This document shows positions 1 to 773 of a DNA stretch of 773 bases, piece by piece. Both the position numbers and the translations under genes were made by a program. Origin of the DNA: Escherichia coli (lineage in GTDB: Bacteria; Pseudomonadota; Gammaproteobacteria; Enterobacterales; Enterobacteriaceae); the NCBI RefSeq assembly GCF_003334765.1, contig NZ_QOWT01000100.1; one strand, written 5' to 3'. Each line of letters starts with the position of its first letter. Position 1 is the first letter of the stretch. The notes beneath the pieces are model-generated. The model did no database searches. It was not told the DNA's origin and was given only the letters and a program-made list of their open reading frames with translations.

Positions 1-773
1 CACATGCTGAGGGTGCTGTCCGGGTGCAGCTCCGGGTCGGGCAGGCGGTTACCTGCCGGGTCTGTGGCATACGGGATGCGGATATCCAGATTCGCTGCGG
101 TGGTGTGAACGCCGGTCAGCCTGCCGGTGGTGCTGTAGCTGTAACTCCGGGTCTGGCGCGGGCTGCTGATGCGGATGAGTTCGCCGTTGTCGTTCCAGGT
201 GTAATCGCGGTCAGACAGCAGGCTGTTCAGGTGCTGGCTCTGTAACTGCCCGGCAGGGGTATAAGCGGTGGTGAGTTCATAACGGCCGAAGCTGCGCAGC
301 GTTTCCCGGTGCAGGCGGTCGCGGGTGTACTCCACCAGCGGTGTGTCGCCGAGTTTCATGCCTGACAGCCAGCCGCTGCCGTAGGTCAGCCATTCCACGG
401 CGGGCAGGCTGTCCGGTATACAGCGGTTCGCCAGTCCCTGTGCGTTGTACGCATGTCTGGTCTCATGCTGCCAGAGCAGTTCATTCGTCTGCGGATGATG
501 CACCGTCAGGTGTTCACTGGCGAGGCGGCCTTTACTGTCATAACCATAGTGCACCGTCACCCGGTGCCCTTCGCTGATATGGCTGATGTCTGTCAGCCAG
601 CCGCGTTCGTCATACTGCCACCGCTCTGCGGTTTCGCCATTCACGGTGCGGTGCGTGAGGCGGTCTGCTTCGTCATAGTGCCAGTGGGTGACCAGCCCCT
701 CATCCTCGCTGCGGATAAGTTTGCCGGTCAGGTCGTGGTGATAACGCTGTGTGCGGCCGTCAAAGCCGGTTTC
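1..773 (-). CDS. rhs: Rhs-family core protein (YD-repeat polymorphic-toxin scaffold), internal fragment; both ends lie outside the window
   Basis: Seen in sequence: the reverse-complement frame with codons at 773..771 down to 5..3 is open for all 257 codons (nt 1-2 are a partial codon). The translation carries repeated YD-repeat motifs, e.g. WHYDEADRLT, WQYDERGWLT, HYGYDSKGRL, YTWNDNGELI, YSYSTTGRLT, YATDPAGNRL, and is rich in Y, D, G, R, T and H. Third codon positions are mostly G/C. Established knowledge: this motif array defines the Rhs / YD-repeat shell family. Assignment to the enterobacterial Rhs core is by recall, not a database search; the paralog (rhsA/B/C/D-like) cannot be resolved, so the symbol is given at family level only. 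Confidence 0.9.
42..743 (-). repeat. Tandem YD-repeat array at protein level, about 21-22 codons per unit, at least 10 units
   Basis: Seen in sequence: anchor tyrosines fall at protein residues 11, 33, 54, 78, 109, 131, 149, 171, 191, 213 and 235 (residue i occupies nt 774-3i to 776-3i), mostly 20-24 residues apart, each followed by a D/N-x-x-G-(R)-L-like segment. Nucleotide echoes of the repeat exist, e.g. ttcgtcata at 606-614 and 669-677 (63 nt apart, encoding YDE on the minus strand). Boundaries of the array are approximate and it probably continues beyond both window edges. Confidence 0.75.

Noticed and set aside
42-59. DPAGNRL segment (protein residues 238-244) as a possible Rhs core-end DPxGL motif marking the toxin junction
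   Set aside because: The motif is DPAGN, not DPxGL, and it sits within regular YD-repeat spacing (anchor Tyr at residue 235). It is best read as another YD-repeat unit; the true core/tip junction is presumably further 3', off-window to the left.
24-245. Plus-strand ORF of 73 aa (MQLRVGQAVTCRVCGIRDADIQIRCGG...) from the supplied track
   Set aside because: It lies wholly antisense to a continuous 257-codon open frame with strong family motifs. Its product is Ala/Gly/Arg/Val-rich and of low complexity, as expected from reading a GC-rich gene on the wrong strand, and no ribosome-binding site is evident upstream. Most likely spurious, though an antisense small protein cannot be formally excluded without expression data.
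341-577. Plus-strand ORF of 78 aa (MCRRVSCLTASRCRRSAIPRRAGCPVYSGSPVPV...) from the supplied track
   Set aside because: Same reasoning: antisense to the Rhs core frame, Arg/Ser/Pro/Cys-rich composition typical of a shadow ORF in GC-rich DNA, and no recognisable domain motif or convincing translation-initiation context.
1-773. Possibility that the nucleotide-level repeats represent a mobile-element terminal repeat, CRISPR array or regulatory repeat
   Set aside because: The repeats are short (9-15 nt), irregular in sequence between units, and sit in-frame at the protein repeat period (51 and 63 nt). They are explained by conservation of the encoded YD-repeat motifs, not by a CRISPR or inverted-repeat architecture.

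Overview
The whole 773-nt window lies inside a single minus-strand coding region and contains neither its start nor its stop. Translating the reverse complement in the frame whose codons run 773..771, 770..768 ... 5..3 gives 257 sense codons with no stop: ETGFDGRTQRYHHDLTGKLIRSEDEGLVTHWHYDEADRLTHRTVNGETAERWQYDERGWLTDISHISEGHRVTVHYGYDSKGRLASEHLTVHHPQTNELLWQHETRHAYNAQGLANRCIPDSLPAVEWLTYGSGWLSGMKLGDTPLVEYTRDRLHRETLRSFGRYELTTAYTPAGQLQSQHLNSLLSDRDYTWNDNGELIRISSPRQTRSYSYSTTGRLTGVHTTAANLDIRIPYATDPAGNRLPDPELHPDSTLSM. This is a tandem YD-repeat array of the kind that builds the conserved core of Rhs polymorphic-toxin proteins, and from memory it resembles the Rhs core of Escherichia coli and close relatives, though I cannot assign a paralog. 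No promoter, ribosome-binding site, terminator, RNA gene, CRISPR array or mobile-element end is visible. Nothing in this window is itself novel: the variable toxin tip and immunity gene, where novelty in Rhs loci usually lies, would be 3' of the gene, beyond coordinate 1. The two plus-strand ORFs in the supplied track are best explained as antisense artefacts of a GC-rich coding region.
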